From Candidatus Aceula lacicola (GTDB lineage Bacteria > Omnitrophota > Gorgyraeia > Zapsychrales > Aceulaceae), in contig JAVCCC010000004.1 in assembly GCA_030765785.1 (NCBI GenBank), positions 10,008 to 74,007 on the forward strand: 64,000 nt of DNA, read 5' to 3'. Below, piece after piece: positions 8,593-18,431 of this stretch. The notes under the pieces are model-generated. The model saw only the letters and a program-made list of their open reading frames with translations. It was not told where the DNA came from and did not search any database. The stretch's first letter is position 1. The number at the start of each line of letters is the position of its first letter. The position numbers and the translations under genes were made by a program.

Positions 8593-11500
8593 TTAAAATG
8601 AAAAGAAGCTTTTGAAATTTGTAATCGGAACAATGTTGATGATGATCGGCGCAAAACCTTCGATTTTAAAGGCTTCGCTGTAGGAAATCAACGTTGGATG
8701 GCTAAATTTTAATTTTTCTGAAATTCCCTCCTGATCAATCTCAAGAAATGACTCTGTAAAATTAATACCACCGTATTCTTCCTCTCCTTGCATTTCTGCC
8801 AAGCTATGTTTAAAAATAATTTGGTTCAGTGCTGGCGCAGATGCTTTACCTGCCGAAACTAAGGCTGATGATTGCCGTCTGGATTTCCTTGATTTCTTAG
8901 CATTCTTTTTTTTAGGATATTCGATTTTCTTACGCGTTTTGTATTTTTCTTTTTCATTTCCAAAAGGAATTTCAATTCCTATGCGAACAGAATGAATCGG
9001 GCTTACTTTGTATCCGACATCTTTCTTTTTGCCGCTCTGAATACCCAAGCTAGCCTTAACATTAAAATTTTTTCCCTTAATCCGTAACCCGACTTCAGTA
9101 TTATACGACTTCCAGATATCAATTGAATTAACAAAGTTTTCGTATTGCGGTAGACCTCCTAAGAATGGCTTGCTAACAGATAGCGCCCAGCCTGGACGAT
9201 CAAACGTGATGCCCCACATCAAATGTGCCCCTCCTGCAAAGATAATGCCTTGATCTAGAATGAATTTTGTATTTCGAATTGTGAATTCTTCAGAAAGACT
9301 GAGCTGCGGAATAAATGACACGGATTTATTTTCAACATATCCCGTAAACCAAATCTGACCGTTTGCGTCTATCTTTATTTTCTTTCTATTCAAAAGCTCT
9401 CTATTCAAAAGATTGAAATCAATATCACCACCAAAGGTTTCTCCAGAAACCATAAGCCCACCCGATGGCATAGCTTTGTTTCCCAAAAACCGTAAAGGAA
9501 TTGTGTCTGCATGATAGCGAAGAACAGGAAACAGGTTTCCTGTTAACTTCTTAGTTTCATTATCCATAAAATTCATCGTCGAAATATTCGTAATGCCTTT
9601 TAATCCAACAGAAAAGTTTCCAATTGGAATTTCGGCTTCAAATCCCATTCTTAGCATGTTCTTCGTTGCGGCATCAAACGTGGATTCTGGTGCGACATTT
9701 AAAAACTTAAGATAATCCATTGTGAGTTTTCCCGAGAGCTTTGTGTCGTCCAGCGCTCTGACAAGGCGAGACTTTAAGCCAAACGTTGACCCTGTCTTCT
9801 TGCTCTCTCCAGGGAATCCTAATTTCAAACTTATTCCAAATCCATCAAATTTCTCAGATCGATCAAAACCTCCTGGATCGCTTGGCTTGCTACTTAACGC
9901 ATAAGTAGCTGCTAAAGATGAGTTGCCAAATTTCCATCCTGCTTCAATTTCAAGCGGCGTCATTAAATCATTATAGCCAATCTGACTCAGCTTTTCTCCA
10001 TCTCTTGGATTTATTTGTATAGGCTTTTTAAGATTAAGATAAAAACTTCCAGATTCAAGACCAATATCCATATAAAACAACTGGCTTCCATTAAAAAACA
10101 GAATTCCAGGCTCTGCGGTCACAGAAAGATTGCGCAATTTTAATTCTAACGGAAGGCTGATGTCGGCTGGGACTCCTTTTGTTGCCCATATTTTTCCTTC
10201 CGGACTAATGCGCAAGACTCCTTGAATACCTGGAATCTCGACTTCTTTTTCATATTTCAAGCCGGCCCATAAGTTCGTTGACTGAAGCCCAATTTCGCCA
10301 GACAGTCCATTAGTAAAAAGTTTAGGAAATTTATACCCAGCCATAAAATAAGGCTTAAATTTTGCATTGTATGTGCCGTCTGGCAAAAATGGAGGCAAAA
10401 TAAATTCGTCACCTGTATACATATTTTGTATGACAATATTTTGGGGTCCCAATGCTCCATAAACTCCTGCATAAAAATTTTGATTGTTAGGAAAAATGTA
10501 TGGATAAACACGAGCTTTAAAATTCATAAAAGTTAATCCATAGGGGATGCCATCATATTTTGTACGACGATATTTATAATTAAGCTCTCCCTCTAATCTA
10601 GATTTTGTGAGAAGATTTGTCGTAAATTTATTAAACCATTTCTTTTTACCATCTTCAAGCGTTGCTGAATCAAGCGCAGCTACGCCTAGAGAATCTATGG
10701 CAAGGCTGGAAGAATCCGGTACTACTGCAAGAAGATCAAGAGAACCGATTGTAGCATTTGCGATAGCGATTTCAGCATTGAGAAGAGTATCGGCCTGAGG
10801 TTTGGAAAAGAAATTCTTTATAGCATCAAAAACAGGTTTTAAGATCTTTTTCTTGGCAACGGTATCAGCTGTCATTTCGATTTTATTTAAATCAGTTTCG
10901 ACTTGAGCGAGGCTAATTGAATCAGGTGCGTACAGAATTGTGTCGATCACATCGGTTAAAATCAGTAGATCAGTCGTTAATATTTCCATAGCTGCAAGGT
11001 TAGATTGTTCGCTGACAACAGAATCTGTATATATCGGCTTAATTTCTTCAAGAGGCGCGATTATTCTTTCAGCAACGGTGTCTTGGGACGCCTCTGCTGA
11101 AGTTGTAACAACAACATTTGGACCTCGTAAATAAAATTTCTTAATCATGAGTGCTTTAAGGACCTCTTGTTTAAGTTGCTCCGGAATAGATTCAGGAACA
11201 ACAATTTGATTAAGCTCATCAAGAGTGCGAACTTCGTCAATTCGATAAAGAAGATCTGTTGCAAGGTTTTCGTAAAATGAAAGCAGCTCGTTTGCGGCGC
11301 TTAAAGTGTCGATGAGGTCCGATTTAGGTATAGATCGATTTAAATACATTGTTTTTGAGAAATCAATTATAGAATCAACGGCAACTTGAATTTTTGGGTC
11401 GATAATTTTAGACGTATCTGCGACGATGGGGGTATTAAGAATGATTGAATCCTGAACATCTTCAATTGTGTCTTTTGAAACCTGGCTGATTGTTTTGACT

Positions 11501-13635
11501 TCGGCAATAGAATCAAAAACAGTTTTATAGATCATTTCTTGTGTTTTTATGGGTAAAGCTGTTACAGAATCAGCTTGGATAACAGATATTCTTATTGGCA
11601 TTTTGACTAGAGACTGTATCTTTAATATCGAGTCTTGAAGATATTCTTGAACAATTGTATCGATAGTATTTGTTTCTTGCAAAACAGATGCGTCAGAAGC
11701 ATCGAGACCTTGTATCACAATTGTGTTGGAGGCGATTAAATCTTGAGTCGTTGAATCGATAACAATTAAATTCTTAGCAATGGTGCCAGCAGCGACTAAG
11801 TCTTGGGCTATTGTTGAATCCATTTCCGTACTAGACCCGCTCATATCGTATGCCACAGTTGTTGTGTCCGATAAATTTACAAAATCAGTATTTTCATCAT
11901 CGGGCGGGATTCCGGCAATCATTTTTTTAGTTTCAACAGGTTTTTCCATATTTAAAAGATATCCTAAAGTGATCGGCCCTAAGTCCCCATCTTCAGCAAT
12001 TCCCAATTTGTGCTGAAGTGCAATAACCAAGGTTTCCGCTTGCCAGTCCATTTTTATTTTTCCATCTTTCCCAGGCTTTAATAAATTGTTGATATTTTTT
12101 ACAAAATGAGTCGTATTAACATTATACTTATCTCCAGTGATCGGATTGGTCTTGCCATCCAAATTAAGAACATCCTGAGGAGAAACATTATCCATAATTA
12201 AATCTGCATATTGAGATATTTCGTCGCCTAAGCTATAAATTGATTCATCAACAACAACTTGTTCTTGTGATTGATCGGCATATTCAATTGTATAATCAGG
12301 ATTAACAGGAGGAGTTGTCTCAGACCCAAAAGCACCCGTAAGAGGAATTGCCAGATTAAATATAATCGCGAGAGCCATTGTTTTTAGGAATTTTCCTCGC
12401 CATTTTGTTAATTTCTTTACGATTGGAGAATTTGCTTTTTCGTAATCAACGATAGCTGTTTCCATGCTCACAAGATTTCCATCGCTAGCTTTTCTTGTTA
12501 GCACCCCTCGATTGCTAAAAGTCGGATCTATCTCGGGATTAACTTTCATTAAATCAGCTCCGCCAGAAAAATATTTTCTTGGGATTCGTCTGTGCGTATA
12601 TTCATCGTAGTCTACCTTTATGTAATCACAGACACCTTTTTCAAAAGCTTCAATGTATTGGGCATAGATATTTTCAGGATTTAGATTGCCTTCTGTTTCA
12701 ATCCCTAAAACTTTTGATTGATTACTATATGCTTGATTAAGGATGGAATCTTTAAGATTTTTCTTAAACCATTGAGCTAGAATTAAGGAATGATATATTT
12801 GACGAATTTGAACGAAGTTTTTTCCTTCGTTGACTTCTTTTTCGATCTCAGGAAGCAAGATTTCTTTAACAATTTTTGATGAAAGATTATTGGATTCATA
12901 TTGTTCCGAAAGACTACTTTTGTCCATGCCAAGTCGATCGCTCGAAATATTTTCTTCAAGAGCCAGGAAGTCTTTATCAAGCATAACTTTTAGTTTGCTT
13001 TGCGTAATGAAAACATTGTCGCCATGCGTATAAACCTTTGCCACATCAGGCAAAATCCACACCTTATTGAAAGTGTTAACTGGGATATCTGTTGTTCCAA
13101 ATTTTTCATAAGCTTTTTTGTAAACCTTGTCCCAAAATTTTTTACCAAATTTTTCATCCGGATGAATCAAAGATGCTGTGATTTGCTTTAAGAGATAATC
13201 TTGAGCTAGTAAATCAATTCCCATATCTGTTCCAGATAAAGAATCTGGAATCACTCGTTCTTGTTCATATGGCGACAGGTTAACCCAAAGATCGTTTTCA
13301 GGAACTGTTATCGAAGCTAGAAAATATTTAATCAGTTTTTCGCATTCCTTTTCAAAATTTTCTTTGGGAATATTGCTATCTCCTTTGTCAAAAATAAAAT
13401 CGAATTTAAATGGATTATCTGGGTGAATCTTGAAGCCTTGGATGATCAGTGGGCTAAATTGAGGGCTTAGCGAAATAAGCGTCCCTGGAGTCGGAAGTGC
13501 TAGATTTTGGGCTAAAACAGGGCTTGGAAGACTAAAAAAAGGCAAAATAACGCATAGAATGACCATAGTTATGCATTTTTTTACCTTGCGGTATCTATTG
13601 TGACTCAGGCTTATCATTCCCGTGGCTCCCTGCAA
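8593..13635 (-). CDS. Large modular exported protein of unknown function (1680 aa)
   Basis: Long ORF with an N-terminal signal-like segment, a globular N-domain (LPTPG...IHPDNPFKFDFIFD...YFSGG), an internal signal-like segment, a D-S/T-rich stalk, beta-strand-rich repeats and a C-terminal GGINF...GFAPIIINIVP motif. Confidence 0.85.
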   Translation of the reverse strand: MQGATGMISLSHNRYRKVKKCITMVILCVILPFFSLPSPVLAQNLALPTPGTLISLSPQFSPLIIQGFKIHPDNPFKFDFIFDKGDSNIPKENFEKECEKLIKYFLASITVPENDLWVNLSPYEQERVIPDSLSGTDMGIDLLAQDYLLKQITASLIHPDEKFGKKFWDKVYKKAYEKFGTTDIPVNTFNKVWILPDVAKVYTHGDNVFITQSKLKVMLDKDFLALEENISSDRLGMDKSSLSEQYESNNLSSKIVKEILLPEIEKEVNEGKNFVQIRQIYHSLILAQWFKKNLKDSILNQAYSNQSKVLGIETEGNLNPENIYAQYIEAFEKGVCDYIKVDYDEYTHRRIPRKYFSGGADLMKVNPEIDPTFSNRGVLTRKASDGNLVSMETAIVDYEKANSPIVKKLTKWRGKFLKTMALAIIFNLAIPLTGAFGSETTPPVNPDYTIEYADQSQEQVVVDESIYSLGDEISQYADLIMDNVSPQDVLNLDGKTNPITGDKYNVNTTHFVKNINNLLKPGKDGKIKMDWQAETLVIALQHKLGIAEDGDLGPITLGYLLNMEKPVETKKMIAGIPPDDENTDFVNLSDTTTVAYDMSGSSTEMDSTIAQDLVAAGTIAKNLIVIDSTTQDLIASNTIVIQGLDASDASVLQETNTIDTIVQEYLQDSILKIQSLVKMPIRISVIQADSVTALPIKTQEMIYKTVFDSIAEVKTISQVSKDTIEDVQDSIILNTPIVADTSKIIDPKIQVAVDSIIDFSKTMYLNRSIPKSDLIDTLSAANELLSFYENLATDLLYRIDEVRTLDELNQIVVPESIPEQLKQEVLKALMIKKFYLRGPNVVVTTSAEASQDTVAERIIAPLEEIKPIYTDSVVSEQSNLAAMEILTTDLLILTDVIDTILYAPDSISLAQVETDLNKIEMTADTVAKKKILKPVFDAIKNFFSKPQADTLLNAEIAIANATIGSLDLLAVVPDSSSLAIDSLGVAALDSATLEDGKKKWFNKFTTNLLTKSRLEGELNYKYRRTKYDGIPYGLTFMNFKARVYPYIFPNNQNFYAGVYGALGPQNIVIQNMYTGDEFILPPFLPDGTYNAKFKPYFMAGYKFPKLFTNGLSGEIGLQSTNLWAGLKYEKEVEIPGIQGVLRISPEGKIWATKGVPADISLPLELKLRNLSVTAEPGILFFNGSQLFYMDIGLESGSFYLNLKKPIQINPRDGEKLSQIGYNDLMTPLEIEAGWKFGNSSLAATYALSSKPSDPGGFDRSEKFDGFGISLKLGFPGESKKTGSTFGLKSRLVRALDDTKLSGKLTMDYLKFLNVAPESTFDAATKNMLRMGFEAEIPIGNFSVGLKGITNISTMNFMDNETKKLTGNLFPVLRYHADTIPLRFLGNKAMPSGGLMVSGETFGGDIDFNLLNRELLNRKKIKIDANGQIWFTGYVENKSVSFIPQLSLSEEFTIRNTKFILDQGIIFAGGAHLMWGITFDRPGWALSVSKPFLGGLPQYENFVNSIDIWKSYNTEVGLRIKGKNFNVKASLGIQSGKKKDVGYKVSPIHSVRIGIEIPFGNEKEKYKTRKKIEYPKKKNAKKSRKSRRQSSALVSAGKASAPALNQIIFKHSLAEMQGEEEYGGINFTESFLEIDQEGISEKLKFSHPTLISYSEAFKIEGFAPIIINIVPITNFKSFFSF

Positions 13636-13700
13636 TAATGATAAGATTATATAAAAACTACTGTATCTTCGTAATACAAATATAGCATATATTTATATAT

Positions 13701-13743
13701 AATGCAGAAAAGCCCTAGAAAAAATCCAGGGCTTTTCTGCATT
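13701..13743. terminator. Intrinsic terminator-like inverted repeat downstream of gdhA
   Basis: aatgcagaaaagccct-N11-agggcttttctgcatt, 16-bp arms. Confidence 0.75.
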
Positions 13744-13779
13744 AGATGCTTTTGATCTTAAAGTGATGGGTTACATACT

Positions 13780-15120
13780 TTAAACGACGCCTTGATCAAG
13801 CATCGCATCGGCAACTTTTACAAATCCTGCGATGTTAGCGCCTTTTACATAATCAATATACTTTCCTTCTTTTCCATATTTTGCACATTGCTCATGGATA
13901 GCTAGCATAATATCGTGAAGTTTTTTATCCACTTCTTCGCGAGACCAAGAAAGTCTTAGACTATTTTGAGACATTTCAAGACCAGAAGTTGCAACGCCAC
14001 CAGCATTAGCAGCTTTGCCGGGTCCGTAACATATTTTTGCATCTTGAAATACTTTAACGCCTTCTGGAGTTGTTGGCATATTGGCACCTTCGCCAACAGC
14101 TATGCAGCCGTTCTTTACTAATTCTTTCGCGTCAGCTTCATTTATTTCATTTTGAGTTGCAGATGGAAAGGCAACGTCACATTTTACTCCCCAAGGATTC
14201 TTTCCTTCAAAATATTTACAGTTATATTTTTCTGCATACTCTTTGATGCGACCACGCTTAACATTTTTAAGCTCCATGATATAGGCTAATTTTTCTTCGC
14301 TTATACCATCTGGATCATGCACTGTGCCTCCTGAATCAGAAAGAGTAACGCATTTGCCGCCTAATTGGGTTACTTTTTCTATCGTGTATTGTGCAACATT
14401 TCCTGATCCAGACACAGTACATGTTTTTCCTTTTAAGGAATCACCGACCGCCTTAAGCATTGCTTGTGTAAAATAAACACATCCGTATCCAGTTGCTTCT
14501 GGTCGAACAAGACTTCCACCCCAATTCAATCCTTTTCCTGTTAGGATTCCAGTAAATTCATTGCGAATACGCTTGTATTGACCAAACATAAAACCTATTT
14601 CTCTAGCGCCAGTGCCTATATCTCCTGCAGGAACGTCTGTATTAGGGCCGATATGTCTAAAAAGTTCAGTCATAAAACTTTGGCAAAATTTCATGACCTC
14701 ATTGTCAGTTTTGCTTTTAGGGTTAAAATCAGAACCACCCTTGCCGCCACCCATAGGCAGTGTTGTAAGGCTATTTTTAAATACTTGTTCAAATGCAAGA
14801 AATTTTAATAATCCTAGATAAACAGTTGGATGAAGACGAAGGCCTCCTTTATACGGTCCTAAGGCGCTGTTCATCTCGATACGAAATCCTCTGTTAATCT
14901 GCACCTCTCCTTTGTCGTCAATCCAGGGAACGCGAAACATAATAACTCTTTCTGGCTCGGCTATTCTTTCTAAAATCTTAGTTTCTCTGTATTTCGGGTT
15001 TTTGTTAATGAAAGGTAATACTGATTCTGCAACCTCTTGTACGGCTTGATGAAATTCGGTTTCACCAGGATTCTTTGCAATAATTTCCTGCATGAATTCT
15101 TTTACGGTTAAATCTGCCAT
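13780..15120 (-). CDS. gdhA: NADP-specific glutamate dehydrogenase
   Basis: GPYKGGLR, MGGGKGGSDF, DVPAGDIG, RPEATGYG and GSGNVA motifs. Confidence 0.95.
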   Translation of the reverse strand: MADLTVKEFMQEIIAKNPGETEFHQAVQEVAESVLPFINKNPKYRETKILERIAEPERVIMFRVPWIDDKGEVQINRGFRIEMNSALGPYKGGLRLHPTVYLGLLKFLAFEQVFKNSLTTLPMGGGKGGSDFNPKSKTDNEVMKFCQSFMTELFRHIGPNTDVPAGDIGTGAREIGFMFGQYKRIRNEFTGILTGKGLNWGGSLVRPEATGYGCVYFTQAMLKAVGDSLKGKTCTVSGSGNVAQYTIEKVTQLGGKCVTLSDSGGTVHDPDGISEEKLAYIMELKNVKRGRIKEYAEKYNCKYFEGKNPWGVKCDVAFPSATQNEINEADAKELVKNGCIAVGEGANMPTTPEGVKVFQDAKICYGPGKAANAGGVATSGLEMSQNSLRLSWSREEVDKKLHDIMLAIHEQCAKYGKEGKYIDYVKGANIAGFVKVADAMLDQGVV

Positions 15121-15186
15121 CTTTTCCTCCGTTTTAACGTTAAGGGTGATATGAAAAATTCATTTTCATTAAAGCATGAATTTGTT

Positions 15187-16392
15187 TTAGCAAAAATCTT
15201 TAAGGCCTTGCTCCCATCTTTTTTTAAGCTCGGGATTATTTATCCAAGACAACAAGTATTTAGTGTACTCTTCTCCCGTTGCACCGGTATCTCGTCCTGT
15301 TATTGTTAATTTCTTTTCATAGTTACCGCATACATCTAGCGCCATTTCAACTTTTGAAGCGTATTGCGGATATCCAATATGACGAAGAAGCATTGCGCTT
15401 GCGCGAATCATAGAACAAGGATCTGCAAATTTATCGCGACCTTCTTTAACCATGCGCGGAGCACTTCCGTGAATTGCTTCAAACATTGACCATTTTTTTC
15501 CAATATTAGCACTTCCAGCTGTTCCAACTCCACCTTGCATTTGCGCAGCCTCATCTGTCAAAATATCTCCGTATAAATTAGGAAGAATCATAACTTTAAA
15601 ATCTTTACGCCTTGCAGGATCAATTAACTTAGCTGTCATGATATCGATGTACCATTCGTCTAATTTTATTTCTGGATATTCTTTAGCGATACGAAAAGCG
15701 ACATGCGAAAAACGACCGTCTGTTGTTTTGACAACATTTGATTTCGTTATAACCGTTACGCGATCAATATTGTTTTTCGCGGCGTACTCAAACGCCATTC
15801 TAATAATTCGTTCTGCCCCTTGTTCTGTGATGACCTTAAAGTCAACACTTAGGTCGTCAGAAACGTCAAAACCTTTTGAACCTAAGACATAAGCTCCTTC
15901 TGTATTTTCTCTAAAGAAACACCAGTCAATTCCCTCATTTGGAATCCGCACAGGTCTGACATTGGCAAAAAGATCTAAATAACGCCTCATGGCAACATTG
16001 GCGCTCTCGATGTTCGGCCACTGATCACCTTTTTGAGGAGTTGTTGTCGGACCTTTAAGAATAACGTGACAACTTTTTATTTCTTCTAATACATCGTCCG
16101 GAATAGCTTTCTTTTGAGCGGCTCTATTTTCAATTGTTAATCCAGCGATATCCTTAAAGGTAACCTTTTTGTTGTTGACTTCATTTTTTAGAATATGCTT
16201 TAAAACTGTTTCTGCATGTTTTGAAATAATTTCTCCTATTCCATCACCAAAACAAATTCCGATAATGATTGGAGAAATTGAAGAAAAATCTGTCTCTTCG
16301 ACAGATGTCTTCATTTCTTCAACACGTTTGAGCTGTTCTTCTATAATGATTCCAAATTTATTCTTTGCGCTTTCAATTAGTTCTTTTGACAT
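15187..16392 (-). CDS. icd: Isocitrate/isopropylmalate dehydrogenase family protein, probably isocitrate dehydrogenase
   Basis: GDGIG, LKGPTTTP, RENTEG, PNLYGDILTD and FEAIHGSAP motifs; context next to gdhA. Confidence 0.7.
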   Translation of the reverse strand: MSKELIESAKNKFGIIIEEQLKRVEEMKTSVEETDFSSISPIIIGICFGDGIGEIISKHAETVLKHILKNEVNNKKVTFKDIAGLTIENRAAQKKAIPDDVLEEIKSCHVILKGPTTTPQKGDQWPNIESANVAMRRYLDLFANVRPVRIPNEGIDWCFFRENTEGAYVLGSKGFDVSDDLSVDFKVITEQGAERIIRMAFEYAAKNNIDRVTVITKSNVVKTTDGRFSHVAFRIAKEYPEIKLDEWYIDIMTAKLIDPARRKDFKVMILPNLYGDILTDEAAQMQGGVGTAGSANIGKKWSMFEAIHGSAPRMVKEGRDKFADPCSMIRASAMLLRHIGYPQYASKVEMALDVCGNYEKKLTITGRDTGATGEEYTKYLLSWINNPELKKRWEQGLKDFC

Positions 16393-16443
16393 TTTTTTAT
16401 TTCCTTCAGTGTTATTTTAATTGTTACCAAATTAGGTTGATCG

Positions 16444-16923
16444 CTACAGCCTTGCATGCCGAATAACATCACCTGATTTAACAAACGTTCCGTTTTTGCA
16501 CCCAGTAACGTTGCAAAACGTTATTGCATTATTAAAATCTAGATGAGGCGTTAGTCCAATTACAACCATATCCGCATCAGGTTTGCAGCTGCAATTAATA
16601 AGCTTTTTAATCATTGCTCCGCAATGAGGACAAAAAAGATCATCTTTTTTGCCGTTCGCTAGACTACCGGATAAAATTATCTTATCAAAATCCCCTTCAA
16701 TAGCAGAAAGAACAAATTCACCTTCTACCCCTTTTCTCTGAAATTTAATACGAAGTCCTGGAAAACCATTTATCTCATGCTCGGTATCTATTAGACTACA
16801 ACCATCTGGGCAGTACGCTTTGTTTACAACATATCTGACTTTGTCCTCGTCTTTCTTGGAAGCAGTTTTAATTCTTTTGGTCAGAGGTATCATTAATCTG
16901 CCATCTTTATTAAATTTGCCCAT
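16444..16923 (-). CDS. Cys-rich hypothetical protein
   Basis: AGGAG RBS; CPDGC, CPHC, CSC and CNVTGC cysteine clusters. Confidence 0.8.
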   Translation of the reverse strand: MGKFNKDGRLMIPLTKRIKTASKKDEDKVRYVVNKAYCPDGCSLIDTEHEINGFPGLRIKFQRKGVEGEFVLSAIEGDFDKIILSGSLANGKKDDLFCPHCGAMIKKLINCSCKPDADMVVIGLTPHLDFNNAITFCNVTGCKNGTFVKSGDVIRHARL

Positions 16924-16991
16924 AAAAGCTCCTTTGTAAATGTTTATCCCTGTATATTTTAAATTACAGCAAACACAAAATATTATATTTT

Positions 16992-18431
16992 TTATTTTTT
17001 TGTTTTTAAATAATCATTAATTGATTTTGCTGCGATTCTTCCTTGCCCCATGGCTAGAATAACAGTAGCAGCGCCTAAAACGATATCGCCCCCAGCATAG
17101 ATACCATCGATTGAAGTTTTGCCGTTTTCATCCGCGACAAGATTTCCCCACTTATTTGTTTTTAAATCAGGTGTTGTTTGCTTGATTAAGGGGTTAGAGT
17201 CATTTCCAATGGCAACAATAACGGTGTCTAAATCAATTGTAAACTCGCTTCCTTCGATAACGACTGGCCGTCGTCGTCCGGAATCATCCGGCTCTCCTAA
17301 TTCATATTTTAAGCATTCAATAGTTTTCACGTGGCCTTTATCATCACCTAAGATTCTTTTTGCATTCTGCAACAAATGAAAAATAATCCCCTCTTCTTTT
17401 GCGTGGTGCACTTCTTCTACACGAGCAGGCATTTCAATTTCTGTTCGTCTATAAATTAAATGAACCTCTTCTGCGCCTAAACGAATCGCAGTGCGAGCTG
17501 CGTCCATTGCGACGTTGCCTCCACCAAACACGCCAACTTTACGTGAATCAAAAATTGGTGTATGCGACTTTTTTTTATCGTAAGCCCGCATAAGATTGGA
17601 GCGTGTAAGATATTCGTTTGCCGAAAAGACTCCAACAAGATTTTCTCCTTCAATATTCATAAACCTTGGCAAGCCAGCACCCGTTCCGATAAAAATAGAA
17701 TCAAATCCATCTTTTTTCATCAGGTCAATCACTTTTCTGGTGCGGCCTACTACAAAATTTCTTTTAATTTCAACTCCCATTTTTTCAAGAGTATCGATCT
17801 CTTCTTTAACCATTTTTTTAGGTAAACGAAATTCTGGAATACCATAAACCATGACTCCACCTGTCTTGTGAAAAGCTTCAAACATTGTAACAGCGTGCCC
17901 CTCTCGCCTGACATCAGCAGCAACTGTAATACCAGCAGGACCACTGCCTATGACGGCAACCTTTTTTCCGGTTTCTTTTTTTACGCTAGGCGTGGCAATC
18001 ATTCCATTGTTGCGCTCCCAATCCGAAACATAGCGCTCAAGCCTTCCGATTGAAACAGCTTTATTTACATCTTTCAATGATTTGCCAATAGTACACGGCG
18101 CCTGACATTGCGTTTCTTGCGGACAAACTCTTCCACATACCGCAGGCAATAGGCTATTTTTTTTAATAATATCTATGGATTTTTTATTGTCTCCGTCTGC
18201 AATAGCCTTAACAAATCCTGGAATATCTATTTGAACAGGGCAACCAGTGATGCAAGGAGTATTTTTGCATTGAATACATCTCATAGCCTCAAACTGTGCC
18301 TGCTCTTGAGTGTATCCTAAAGCCACCTCGGACATATTTGTTTTGCGTTTAGCAGGGTCTTGCGAAGGCATTTCCTGAGGCGGAATGGCAAGGCGTTCTT
18401 TAGGTGTTAAATGGTTATTGCTTGGGAGCAT
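16992..18431 (-). CDS. nfnB: NfnB/SudA (GltD-like) NADPH-dependent flavin-FeS subunit
   Basis: RCIQC...CITGCP, CGRVCPQETQC, GSGPAG and GGGNVAMD motifs; paired with NfnA. Confidence 0.88.
   Translation of the reverse strand: MLPSNNHLTPKERLAIPPQEMPSQDPAKRKTNMSEVALGYTQEQAQFEAMRCIQCKNTPCITGCPVQIDIPGFVKAIADGDNKKSIDIIKKNSLLPAVCGRVCPQETQCQAPCTIGKSLKDVNKAVSIGRLERYVSDWERNNGMIATPSVKKETGKKVAVIGSGPAGITVAADVRREGHAVTMFEAFHKTGGVMVYGIPEFRLPKKMVKEEIDTLEKMGVEIKRNFVVGRTRKVIDLMKKDGFDSIFIGTGAGLPRFMNIEGENLVGVFSANEYLTRSNLMRAYDKKKSHTPIFDSRKVGVFGGGNVAMDAARTAIRLGAEEVHLIYRRTEIEMPARVEEVHHAKEEGIIFHLLQNAKRILGDDKGHVKTIECLKYELGEPDDSGRRRPVVIEGSEFTIDLDTVIVAIGNDSNPLIKQTTPDLKTNKWGNLVADENGKTSIDGIYAGGDIVLGAATVILAMGQGRIAAKSINDYLKTKK

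Noticed and set aside
16992-18431. Glutamate synthase small subunit of a GOGAT
   Set aside because: No gltB is present, and overlap with an NfnA/SudB gene indicates NfnAB.
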